Part shown: positions 27,266-39,168 of the stretch, piece by piece
Position numbering within the stretch: the first letter of the stretch is position 1
How the letters are laid out: every line of letters begins with the position of its first letter
Assembly (NCBI GenBank): GCA_051294375.1
Contig: CM119264.1
Location: forward strand, 16,935,139-16,999,138
From: Paraspadella gotoi
Taxonomy: Eukaryota > Animalia > Chaetognatha
Length of the DNA stretch: 64,000 nt
Direction of reading: 5' to 3'
Notes under the pieces: model-generated
Seen by the model: only the letters and a program-made list of their open reading frames with translations
The model's database searches: none
Told to the model about the DNA's origin: nothing
Translations under genes and position numbers: made by a program

Positions 27266-28142
27266 TGCGGTGAGGGAAATAGACGAGAAGAGGATAATGG
27301 ACGAGAATGGAGGGTAGAGGAGGGAGTAGCAGAGAGAGAGAAACGAGACTGAGAGAGAGTGAGAGAGAGAGAGAGAGAGAAGAGAGAGAGAGAAGATGAG
27401 AGAGAGATGGAACCGGAGAGAGAGGAGGAGGTACTTGAAAAGTAGTAGGTGAAGGTGTAAAGACGGAAAGAGAGCCAGTGGGAGGTTGAGAGAGAAGAAA
27501 GACACTTAAGGAAACTTAAAATTCTGAGAGGGAAAAACTAAGTAATTCATTTTTATTCCATCGATAAGTGAAATATCAGGGTTATGTTAATATCCAGACG
27601 TAACAATTTTATTTTTACGATCGAAGTTGAAATTACTCTGTTTTTGACGAATCATTTTTCGAGTTGTTTTGAGGACGAGAAACGCGAAATTTTATTATCG
27701 GAAAAATAGAGATGAGATTAAACAGAGAGAGGGAGCTAGAGAGAGAGAGNNNNNNNNNNNNNNNNNNNNNNNNNTCATTTTTTTATTTTCGTCGATTAAG
27801 TGAAATATAAGGGGTTATGTTAATATCGCACCGCGTTGAACATGTTATTTTTTACGATCGAAGTTGAAATTCCTCTTGTGTTTTGACAGAATCATCTTTG
27901 GCGAGTGTTTAGAGGACGAGAAAACGCGATATTATTATTCGGAAAAAATAGAGATGAGATTAAACAGACGAGAGGGAGCCTAAGAGAGAAGACTAGAGCA
28001 GAAGACGAGAAAGAACAGGAGAGAGAGGAGAGAGAGAGGAGAGGAGGAGAGGAGAAAGAGAGAGAGACGGAGAGAAAGAAGAGGAGACGAAGAGATGAGA
28101 GCAGAGAAAGAGAGAAGACAGAGAGAGAGACGGAAAGAGAGG

Positions 28143-28182
<40 letters not shown>

Positions 28183-30784
28183 TATTTTTTTTCAAATGAT
28201 TACAAAAGAAGAAAGAAGATGCCGAATGAAAATTCAAAAGAAGGGGGGAAGATGGTAAAATGTAAATTAAAAAGGGGAGTGGAAGAAGGCAAAATGAAAA
28301 TTAGATTTCGGCGTAGGAGGAACCGAAGAAGAAGGAAGGCTTCATTTTTCGTGGCGGTGGCAGCTGGCGCCGCCCGACGAAGCCTGGCGCCGTCGATTCC
28401 ATCCACTTCCGGTGACGAATCCCGAAGAAAAAAAAAGAGAAGAGGGAATGAAATGAGATTCGTTGGATCTAATCGACGAAGTGAAGGCGGAGGGGATGAG
28501 ACGAGAGAAGATAGAGGATAGATAAGAAAGAGAAAAGTCAGGAGAGCAAAGAGAACAAAGATAGGAAAGGAAAAGAAAGGAAAGGGTGAAAACTACCGAG
28601 GAGTCAATGAGGAGAGCAGGAGAATAATTTAGAATAAAAAAAGAAGAATTTAAAAAGAAAGAAATCTGAGAAGCTTCAAGGTGGAAGTGACTGAGGCTAA
28701 CGTTGATGTAGAATTTCTCGTAAAAACATAACTCTTTATTCTTGACGAGGAATGTTGAATCCGTGGAATCTCCGACCAGCGAAGCAACGACACGATTTCG
28801 TCAAAAAAGTCAAAACTTCGTCGCACGCAAATTTTTTGAAAAAAAATTGTTCTCGATGAAATCTTTGGCTCCGTTTTTGTTGGAATCGATTTGGTCGAAG
28901 AAGGAATTTAAAAAAAAATGGCGGAGGAAAGAAAAAGAGGAAGGAAATAAAAGAAGTGAATAAAAGGAAAATAAAAAAAAAAGGAGGAAGTAAAAAGGAC
29001 AAAACAAAGAAATGAAGCAGAGAATCGTAAAGAAAAGACGAAAAAAACAAATGGAAAGTTAAAAAAAAAGCAGACTGAAACGTGATAAGTAAAAGTTAAG
29101 AAAACATAAATAAAACTAAAAACTTTTGAAAAGAAAGAAATTACAGTTTAAGGGACAAAAGGGAGGAAATAGGAAAGCTAAAGAATTAACATAAAAGAAA
29201 AAAAAAACGCTAAAAGGCAAAAAAACTAAGAAGAGGAAAAGGGGGGGGCGGAACGACAAAACGCCGAATGAAAAATGCGACAAACGCTTCGCGCTACAAA
29301 CGAAAAGTCAAGCTGTCGTTTCCTCTCTCCCTCTCTGTCTCTCTCTCTCTCTCGAACCCAGTTTCGTCTCGAGTCGCACCGGGGGCGCTAATATTTTTTT
29401 TGCCCTCTCATTTTCCAAAAAAAAAAAGAAAAAAAGAAAAAAGAAAAGAAAAAACTCTCCCTCCCTCGTTTTCTCTTTGCTTTATTCCAACGGGTTCCGC
29501 GGATGGGGTAATGATGTGAATAAATTTGGTGGCAGAAAACAGGATTAGAATTGGAAATGTTCCTTTAATTTCGTCATTTGCATCGACTAAAAAGGAAAAG
29601 TTCAATCGACGCCGCCGCCGGAGGCTAGTTTATGGACGCCGCAAATTAGCGGCGGCGGCGGCGGCGGGTACGGCGGCCGCGGCGGTAGTGGGGCAGAGGC
29701 GAGTGGTGAGGATTGACTATCGAACGGTGGTAATAAGAGTAAAGTGATAAAGAGTTTTCGTTAAACAGTTAAACCAGGTAAATGTTTTGAAAGCGGAATG
29801 TCGTTGCGGTCCGGGTAATCCGGTAATCAATCCTACGTTTTCAAGTCGTGGGGCGACGAAGATATTATGCGTGAAAGTTTTTATTCGCCGATTTTTTTTT
29901 AAAAACTTAAACATTATGGTACAACTAGCAACGCCTCGCTATTTACTAAGAAGAAATTCATTTATTTAAACTGAAATCTAATTTTAAACCAAACCCCGGG
30001 TAATCGATATCACCGACCGACACAGTTGTTTNNNNNNNNNNNNNNNNNNNNNNNNNNNNNNNNNNNNNNNNNNNNNNNNNNNNNNNNNNNNNNNNNNNNN
30101 NNNNNNNNNNNNNNNNNNNNNNNNNNNNNNNNNNNNNCAGTTTAAATAAATGAATTATTTTTTAGTTTGTCTCGATTTTTTTTTGGGCAGCCAGGAAGGC
30201 ACGAAGGAGAAAAAAGTTTTGAAGTTTTTTTNNNNNNNNNNNNNNNNNNNNNNNNNNNNNNNNNNNNNNNNNNNNNNNNNNNNNNNNNNNNNNNNNNNNN
30301 NNNNNNNNNNNNNNNNNNNNNNNNNNNNNNNNNNNNNNNNNNNNNNNNNNNNNNNNNNNNNNNNNNNNNNNNNNNNNNNNNNNNNNNNNNNNNNNNNNNN
30401 NNNNNNNNNNNNNNNNNNNNNNNNNNNNNNNNNNNNNNNNNNNNNNNNNNNNNNNNNNNNNNNNNNNNNNNNNNNNNNNNNNNNNNNNNNNNNNNNNNNN
30501 NNNNNNNNNNNNNNNNNNNNNNNNNNNNNNNNNNNNNNNNNNNNNNNNNNNNNNNNNNNNNNNNNNNNNNNNNNNNNNNNNNNNNNNNNNNNNNNNNNNN
30601 NNNNNNNNNNNNNNNNNNNNNNNNNNNNNNNNNNNNNNNNNNNNNNNNNNNNNNNNNNNNNNNNNNNNNNNNNNNNNNNNNNNNNNNNNNNNNNNNNNNN
30701 NNGAGAGACTCAATGACAGGAAACTGAATCTCGTCCGGTCGCACGCGATTCTCAGGCGGCGGTTTTGATTTCGCTTAAACCACT

Positions 30785-30800
30785 GCGGCCCCCTGCTGGC
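30785..30800 (-). promoter_or_regulatory. CTCF-like motif (duplicate at ~19472-19488)
   Basis: The consensus of the two noisy copies is about gcgccccctgctggc. Its reverse complement, gccagcagggggcgc, matches the CCASYAGRKGGCRS core. Confidence 0.35.
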
Positions 30801-30807
30801 GCACCTA

Positions 30808-30935
30808 TGCACCAATTCTGTTATGCAGGCGCTCCGTTGTACCGATTTTCTTAATGCAGGCGCTCTACTGCACTAGTTCTGTCATGCAGGCGCTCCATTG
30901 CACAAATCTCATTCAATATTCATGCAAGCGCTCCA
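30808..30935. repeat. Degenerate ~30-bp tandem repeat, 3-4 units (duplicate at ~19494-19625)
   Basis: atgcaggcgctc recurs at ~30-31 bp spacing, followed by tgcac/tgtac...ttct. Confidence 0.7.
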
Positions 30936-32656
30936 AGTGATGCATCGAATCTTGCTTATGCGAGCTTTCCTCTTCCTGTAATCGATATCCACACTCCATT
31001 ACCACCTACGTTTCCCAGCTGCAGCTCAAGCACACCCTTCCAGAACGTAATTCTCTATTTAACCTCTTTTTGACCAACAAGTTGACTGTTCAAATTAATA
31101 TGAAAACTTCTTAGAAAAGCTCCACCACTTTACTACTCCTGCTACTTCCGATCTCCGGGCTATTACTACCTGGTCATGACTCAGATATTCTCCCTGCTCC
31201 AACTCTATATCCAAATCCATTCAGTCACTAATAAAGCAACTTTTACTTCTTTACCTCTTTTGTACTTTCCTCATACTGCTCCATCGCTTGTTGATCTACT
31301 TTTAAGCTCCTATACATTTCTCCCCCCGGATATGTTTTATACTTAATCCTCTTTCTCTTAACTTTTTCCTCTTCCTCTTCCCCCTCCTCTTCCTCGCGTC
31401 TCGACTCTTCTCTCTTCCAATATGTATTCCCTGAGTTCTTTTTTCTTATTCATTTTCTTTTTATATTTTTAGGTTTTTTTTTTNNNNNNNNNNNNNNNNN
31501 NNNNNNNNNNNNNNNNNNNNNNNNNNNNNNNNTCGTTTCCCTTTTAATTTTACTATATTATTCTATCGTGTAAACATTTTTGTGGGCAGTATTCCATTAT
31601 ACTATTATACTATTATTCCATTGTTCGTAGATTAAATTAACAAAATAAAGAGACATAGGAGATTAATTTTCAATTAACTGTCAACGGAATCGCTTCATTT
31701 TGCACGTAATTTACTTATTTTCCCCTTTTGCTGTATTATTATCTTTTTATGACTTTAACTCTTTACGTTCACTTCCCTCTTTTAATTCCCTCTTTTTTCC
31801 CTTCTTTATCAATATTTCCTTTATTTCTCTCCCACTCTTCCCTTCGTCGTCGTAGTCGNNNNNNNNNNNNNNNNNNNNNNNNNNNNNNNNNNNNNNNNNN
31901 NNNNNNNNNNNNNNNNNNNNNNNNNNNNNNNNNNNNNNNNNNNNNNNNNNNNNNNNNNNNNNNNNNNNNNNNNNNNNNNNNNNNNNNNNNNNNNNNNNNN
32001 NNNNNNNNNNNNNNNNNNNNNNNNNNNNNNNNNNNNNNNNNNNNNNNNNNNNNNNNNNNNNNNNNNNNNNNNNNNNNNNNNNNNNNNNNNNNNNNNNNNN
32101 NNNNNNNNNNNNNNNNNNNNNNNNNNNNNNNNNNNNNCCATTTTCCAGTTTTCGGTCGTCGTCGGCGGTCCGTCGTGCGACGTCGTCGATTTCCTTCCAT
32201 TCGCTGTCGTTTTGTTCTTCGGCCTCAAAGGCATAATGTTTTCCCCGTTGTTCGGCTTGTTGACTTGCCTCCGCTATCTCAGACGGCGGAACGCAAAAGA
32301 CGTCGGGGAAGGAAAAAAAAAAGGAGGCGTTTCATAAGTCGCGTCAGCCAACGTGGAAAGTAGAACCATATCCAACTTAAAAACGTAAAACTGCTGAACG
32401 TTACACTAGTACTGTAACTTTCCTGAACTTTTGTTTGCCCCTCGTTTGTTATCCAATTTATATATGTGCAAATACCTAGGCATACTTTGACGATCAATTG
32501 AATCAAAGAGACTAAAGGATTATAATTACTTTTACTGATATTTAATAGATGCAGTTAGATATCCAGGTAATTAATTACCGATTAACGAAAGCTTCCTTTT
32601 CTCTTACAGGTTAGAGTTGATGAAAAGTCGGCCGAAATCAGCGTCAATCCTTATGT

Positions 32657-32736
32657 AGCCCGAGCCCTAGCCCGATCCCGATCCCAAGCCGGAGCCCAAG
32701 TCCGACTCCTAGCCTTAGCCCAAGCGCTAGCCCCTA
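32657..32736. repeat. Degenerate hexamer repeat (agcccN)n (duplicate at ~21586-21668)
   Basis: agcccg agccct agcccg atcccg atccca agccgg agccca agtccg actcct agcctt agccca. Confidence 0.75.
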
Positions 32737-32795
32737 GTTATAGTACTATCCCAAGCTCGATCTCTATCCAGAGACTGAGACCAAGCACAACTCAC

Positions 32796-33034
32796 CCGGA
32801 ATGCAAATCATCAGTCGCCGGCCTCGATCGCGCCTCAACATTTCTGGACGGGCGACGCCGGGGATGTGGGAGTCGGGGACATTGGGCTTGAGTGATTGGG
32901 CTTAGGGGGGAACGAGAGATTGGGTGGGCGGTTGGCCTCGGGCGTTCGACGTCTGGCATCCTTGTTTGCCGACCCTTCGACAAATTCGACCCGTTTATGC
33001 AAATGAGGGCCAAAATTGGTGGCGGAGGCGGGCG
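32796..33034 (-). other. Candidate minus-strand exon, Ser/Pro-rich if coding (duplicate at ~21725-21976)
   Basis: Acceptor ttttttcatcag and donor CCGG|gtgagt-type signals in both copies. Indels make the frame ambiguous. It also contains two ATGCAAAT octamers, so it may be an enhancer instead. Confidence 0.25.
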
Positions 33035-33382
33035 CTGATGAAAAAATCGATGAGATGAGAGAGAATCGAAATCAAAATTACATTAGCGGCTTCGATTCAC
33101 TTGCGTAAACCAAAATCGAAAGTCAAGAGATTTTTCTTCGTTCTATTTTTTTAATTTTGGTTTTAGTACTTATAAAAATCTCTTTCGGTGTTAACAATTA
33201 TATACAAATAAAATAATTTAATAATTTAAGTCACATCGGCACAAACTTAAAATTGTAAGTTCGTAAGTTGCAACGAATGGCAGGATAAATTTCGACGCTC
33301 TCACTGATTGGCACTTCCATGCTATCGTTCTCCCTTCAGCGGGATTTGGTCAAATCAATCTATTTCCCCCCACAACATCCCT

Positions 33383-33453
<71 letters not shown>

Positions 33454-33954
33454 ACGAAAGCTACGTATAACGATTTTCATAGGTTCTAATCCGACTTGAC
33501 ATAACTTTCCTTATTTAAAAGATTTTTTCGCCAAAGATTTAAAGAAAACAGCGAAAGGGAGAGAGAGGAAGAGCTAAAGAGTGGGGGGGAAAAGTGATAG
33601 GGAGAAAGAGAGAGGAGAGAAAAAGGGAAATGAAAAGAGAGGGAAGGGGTGAAAAAAGACAGAGGCGAGAGAATGAACTAGAAAGATATAACATATCTAT
33701 TTTTTACTTAAAAAGTAAAATGTAACTTTCTTTGCACATCTTTTTTAAATTAACATTATTTATAGTGCATTTTTACTTTTTTTCCCGTAGCGTAGGTTTA
33801 AAATTTTGTTTTGAAAATTTTTTCATCTTAAATAATTTTTATAATATCTTTCACGGTTTATTTATTTCCTAATGACAGACTTAAAAAAAAATAAAAAAAT
33901 CTATCTTTCATAAAACCGACTTTCGAAAAAAGATAAATGTGGAAAAGGTTTTAC

Positions 33955-34308
33955 CTTATGCTGCTGCTGTCACGGCGGCGGCTGCGGCGGCAGCTGTAAC
34001 GGCCAGCGCCGTCTTACTGAAGATTTTCGGGTCACGACATTCGGTTTTCAGATGATGGAATCATGATCCAATATTGAAAGCCTCGTGGGACGAAGGCGAA
34101 ACGAAAAGAGGAAAGATTGAGCTACCTAAATGACTCCGCCCCCGCCCCCGCAGACGCCGTCTCCCGTCTCTGTCCACGCCAAGCCGCCGACGCTGCCTCC
34201 GCCGACTTCGCCTGTGTACATAAGTCGACGCCAATGTCGTCGACGCCGCCGACGCCGCCGAGGACACCCCCTTCCGTCGAGGCCGGCAACGCCGAACCCT
34301 CCCGTCGC
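33955..34308 (-). CDS. Candidate downstream exon of the minus-strand gene (RREGSALPASTEGGVLGGVGGVDDIGVDLCTQAKSAEAASAAWRG...); 3' end and frame uncertain
   Basis: Pyrimidine tract ending aacacag. The phase is compatible with exon 35569-35829 (CC|G = Pro) and ~61 codons are open. Possible donors are AG|gtagct (~34125) or AAG|gtaaaa (~33955); the latter needs indel correction. Confidence 0.3.
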
Positions 34309-34649
34309 CTGTGTTTTGAAAGAGAAAGAGAAGAGAAAATAAGAGGGAATTGGATATTGAATAAATATCAAGCGATTAAATTCATTAATTCCATTTGCAT
34401 ATTTATTAAATCCTCACTATTTTGTTTGGGTTCGAATATTCGTTTTAATTTTATGTAGGAAAAAAAGGAGAATAGGGAAAGCAAGTATGAGCCCATGAGA
34501 GTGAGAGAGGAAAAAAAAAGGGAGAGAGAGAGATAAATATACTTCCCGTGTTGCTTCGCACTGTGGGTCATAAAAAGGTTTGGCGATGCGAATCGATGCG
34601 AAGGTCACCTGAGGTAAGGTCAAACGACCCGGACACCGAAGCGAGAGAG

Positions 34650-34763
<114 letters not shown>

Positions 34764-35568
34764 GGCAATCATCATGGTTCAGGATATCTTCCTTTTGTCA
34801 CTTCTTCCTTCTTAAAACTTTATGTCTCTATTGCGGTAATCCTTATAATTATATATAAAATGTTTCAATGATATAATGATAAGTAAAAAAAATTTAAAAG
34901 CAATATATAATTAAATAATATAGATTAAATAGTAAAAAATAAAATATAAAAAAGTAAATAGTAAAAAAAATAATTTTTCAAATTTTCATATAAAATGTTT
35001 TAATTTGTACTGTATATTTTTACGAGTATAAATATTCTAATACGTTATTACTACTACGTTCATTTTGTTGTTCTTTGTTTTTAAAGAAAGGAAATTTCTC
35101 GAGAAGTCCATTTAACTCTAGGTTCACCATTCACAGAATCTCGTAACAACAGCGATTCGAATTCATTTTCTCACATTCTTTTCGTACGAGAAAGCTTACG
35201 TAAAATATAGAATATATACGTACAAATCGAATTTTAAGTCGTCTCGACCGTGAGTCTACAAGCATTTCGAGACGCCGCGATTTTCCGCAGGTAAGAAAAG
35301 CGTGTTTATGCGTCTATGCATAAGCGAGTACCTGGGTGATCGCATAGAGACTTTGGGGAATAGAGAGAGAGAGGTAGAAAGAAAGATAGAAGTGAGAGCG
35401 GGGGAAAAAGAAACGCGGGTGGCAGAGAGAGAGCGAGACGACAGACGGTAAGGGGGGGGTGTGTAATAGAGAGATGACGAGGAAGATAGAGTTAGAGACA
35501 GAGTAGGACAGATGCGGACAGATGCCGAGGGGCGCTGGGTTCAAACGATGATATAATCATATACTTAC

Positions 35569-35829
35569 GGGAAACAAAGCCGATGAAAGCCCAGGCACCT
35601 GGATGGCGATGACGTGGAGGAGGAAGGGGAAGAAGAGGAGGAAATGCGGAGGAAGAGGAAAGGCGATGGAGGAAATAAATATGCAAGGAGATGAAAAGGA
35701 TGAGTTAGTCTATTATCCCTTCCCCGCCCAACCCTAGATAAGAGTTCGAGTCGGGGGGCCGAAACCCCGGTATAGGGTTGGGGCCCTGAGAAATACGAGT
35801 TCCTGGTGAAGTCTTCCATCGAGTACAGT
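35569..35829 (-). CDS. rn: Coding exon, probable N-terminal exon of a rotund/Lin-29-family C2H2 zinc-finger transcription factor
   Basis: Acceptor tttccgtttcctacag, 261-bp open frame in symmetric phase 2, and a CC|gtaagt donor. The peptide (R)LYSMEDFTRNSYFSGPQPYTG resembles my recollection of an arthropod rotund N-terminal motif; this was not verified by search. No zinc-finger exons are in the window. Confidence 0.5.
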
Positions 35830-36548
35830 CTGTAGGAAACGGAAACATACTGAATGATAGTAACAACTACTTCCAACTTGAAATTTGAAAAAAAAAAGTA
35901 CAAATTTTATGAATAGTTGGTTCAATTGTCAATTGAAAAGAAAGGAAGAATTTTTTTATCTACATTTCTAAAGAAAATCAAAATTTATTATCAGATCGCA
36001 TTACATAAAAAATATATATTTTTAACATATACTTTAAAATTACATTCAAAATATAAAGGTGCCCCTATAAAACTTTCCCGAGTATGTATCCCTATCAGAA
36101 CATACAATTCTACTATGTAGTCCTATCCTTATGGTAAAAATAATCATACAATATAACCTTAATCCCCCAAAAATTATCCATTCCACCCCTTTTTGTTCGA
36201 CCTTGTAGATATTATGAGTTTCTCATTAATGATTTTCCAACAGAATGATGTACGATATCTATAAGAAAACTGGAACAGAAAGTAACCTAACCTTGTGTTG
36301 TGTAGATGTACCCTCCATTTCCAGAAGACAACACTAACGTCCCCATCCCAAACAGATAAATAATAATATATTTAAATATTTAACACAAAACCATTTTAAC
36401 AAATAAATAAAATCATAAATAATAGATATTTTAAATCTTTCATAATAAGAAAAGACGTACGATCACGCCCGCCTCCTTTCCCCTTACTTAGTTTTCGTTT
36501 GCCTTAGTTTTGTAATTAATCTAGTACCATGTTCGTATTTATAATTCG

Positions 36549-36676
36549 GTCTCATGTCTCGTGGACTTGCTCTGTCTTATTTTGTCTCGCTATGTCTCGC
36601 TAACTCGGTATGTTTCGCCATATGTCTTGCAGACTCACTCTTTCTTGTTAAGTCTCGATCTGTCTCGCTCTGTCTC
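36549..36676. repeat. Degenerate ~10-bp minisatellite (gtctcgctat-like)
   Basis: gtctcatgtctcgtgg...gtctcgctatgtctcgc...gtctcgatctgtctcgctctgtctc. Confidence 0.6.
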
Positions 36677-36972
36677 CCTTAAATATTCAAATTATAATTT
36701 ACGAGTAACCTAGACATGAACAGATCAAAACCGTTGTTAAAGATAAAAGCCAAATTTGAAAATCCCTTGAGACAAAATTTCGTGTATGTATAACGAAGGC
36801 CTTTGAGTTTCCTTGTTTAAATCTTTCCGCTTGTCGTCTTCTTTTTCTTTCACTCCCAATCAGGATCAAAGCCTGGACGCGTTTCTATTGACAAAATCGC
36901 TCTTGCAACGCATGTAAACATTACGGAAGCGGTAAACAAGCTTGTCTTGTGCGTCTCTCTTTAGCTTTATTC

Positions 36973-37101
<129 letters not shown>

Positions 37102-38593
37102 ATCCGATCCGCGTCAGTGCCGATTTTTTATCCACGATTTTTTATTCTCACTCTCTCTCGCTCTCTTCTTCGTCCCCTCCCACTCCCTCCTCTCTCCTCT
37201 CGCCGCTGAAACACCATAGAAATCCCATAAATCCATTTTCGTTGCACCGAAGGGGATTTTTGTATTCCTTTCCCCCATTCTCTTCCTCCTCCCGCCCTCC
37301 CCCCTCGGGCAGGATTTTTTGGAAAACAAAAACAAAACCAAAGAAAATAATGGATTTCGGACAAGAAGACAAAAAAAAAAGAATGAAATACGGGAAAACC
37401 TGGATTTCAAAAGTTTTGCGTGGAGAATTATTGATGTTTGTGAAAGGCTAAATATTGATTCAGTCCTAAAACTTGGAACAATTTATTTTCAGATGATATT
37501 AGTACAACTTTTATCGACATGATTTAGTGTTTTTATATTCGGTTTCGAATATATTGGCGATAATTGAATAACATATTACGTATTACGTTTTACGTATTAC
37601 GTTTATTCAAAAATAAAATATTTTGTGTTTAAAAAGAAAAAAAAAACCACTTGAATTTTCGCCTAAAATATCCGGCGCCATAAACTCCAACGCCGTTCAC
37701 ATTTTATTCTCTTTCGGCGACGAGATGTTCATTTTTTCATCCATCCTGTCAACCGGCTTCATCCGCAGTGGCGCCACAAAAGAAGCGGCGGCGTCGCGTC
37801 ACGCTCCCTCTTTCTTCGTACGGATTCGCGCGGCTTGCGATCATCTTGCGCGCATCTGCACGTTGCACTCAACCACCCAAAATGTCACTCTCCTTCGCAT
37901 TCACTTTGCTCGAATCGTTTTTGTTTGATTCTTTTTTTTTAACGAAGAAAAAGAGGGGGAAAAATATTCAGAGACAAAAGGGCAATTCAACACTCTCTTT
38001 CTCTCTTTCTCTCGCTGTCTCCGTCTCTCTCTCTCTCGCTCTTTTTTCCTCCATCAGAGTCTGAGAAATGAATTATTCTCCTCTTTCGTGGTTTTAGCGA
38101 TGCTGAGTTGTCGTCGCCATCTTTGATTTGGGCTTTTCATCTTTCCGCTTTTCTTCCTCCCGAACATTTTATCGATATCACTGCCAACGGAGCGTCTGCT
38201 CTTTTTGATAAAAAGTATAGTACTGCATCACACGAATAAAAGAAACTACTGAGAGATCAAACAAATTAGGCTTTTGATTTTATTTTAAAAACGGTATATT
38301 GACAGTTCAAATAGGGAACTTGATTTTATATGACAACCGATTAAAAAAAGATAAGGATTTGTGTTTTTCACTTATCCATGTATAATATATACAAATAATA
38401 ATACCCATGTATTATATATACTTTAAACATTTATAGTGTTAATTGCTTTAGATAACCGCGTTGATCGGCAAAAACGCGAGATTTTTCTAAATCGTTCCTT
38501 ACCATTCGCCCTCGTACCGTCGTTTCCGAAAGGGTTGTCCGAACAAGACTTAATTGACGTACGTGGCTCATCCTGTCGCCGCGAGCTCCGATT

Positions 38594-38788
38594 CGACCTT
38601 GGCCTGACCCTCGGGGCTAAATTAGTCACATCCTCACCTCGTTCCTCTTCCTCCTCTTTCTTCTCTCTCTAACAAAAAACGGGAGGAGAAAAAAGGCTGT
38701 ATAAAGCCGTCCAGGGCATTAAACAACAACTAAAGCTAATTTGCACCCTCGAAGGCCATATTAGACCAGGAAAGGCCGTTCAAGGTCG
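38594..38788. promoter_or_regulatory. Pair of FTZ-F1/NR5A consensus sites (duplicated at ~39779-39978)
   Basis: CGACCTTGG (38594-38602, reverse complement CCAAGGTCG) and TCAAGGTCG (38780-38788) both match YCAAGGYCR. Confidence 0.3.
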
Positions 38789-38962
38789 TCTTCAAAAGGC
38801 CTTTAAAGAAAAACAGCATGATGGCCAATAGAACCAGCCAGCCATCAAACGTTGACATGACAAGTTTCTTAAATTTCAACAGAGAAAAACGTTATTTTTA
38901 TTATTGGTTACTTTCCTTTCCTTCCACTTTCGATATTTTCTCCTTTGATATTTATGTTTTTT

Positions 38963-39168
38963 TTAGTCGGATCTGCTTTCGGCAAATCCCGACTCTATAA
39001 TTCACTTTGTCTGTCCGTCGGTCCGCCCCCTCAATCTTGTCGGGCATTCACTTATATCATGTCAGAAGTCAGAACATTGAATTATGATAAATTATGCAAA
39101 AAAAACAAACGATATCCGTCCGTCCGTCTGTCCGTCCGTCCGTCCGTCCATCCATCCATCCCACCTTA
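38963..39168 (+). mobile_element. 5' part of the HINE/DINE-1-like Helentron (truncated at the duplication junction)
   Basis: T-run, then the agtcggatctgc-tttcg-gcaaatcccgact hairpin, then a (GTCC)n/(ATCC)n tract at ~39116-39160. Confidence 0.75.

Larger units (their letters stand above)
23229..34130. repeat. Second copy of the ~12 kb tandem duplication; lacks the 1 kb hAT-like insertion and contains several N gaps
   Basis: Colinear with 10730-23221. Confidence 0.9.
38010..39168. repeat. Tandem duplicate of ~39180-41856 (the second copy carries a 1.47 kb insertion)
   Basis: Colinear from gagtctgaga(a)atgaattattctcc through the (GTCC)n tract to ccaccttag. Confidence 0.9.

Noticed and set aside
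34126-34310. GRGCPRRRR peptide resembling the abd-A pre-homeodomain linker
   Set aside because: No homeodomain follows, and the Arg run comes from a (CGN) repeat.
35727-35782. Minimal hammerhead ribozyme (stem I plus GAAAC-loop-GTA)
   Set aside because: The CUGANGA core is missing (reads gataaga) and stem II pairs poorly.
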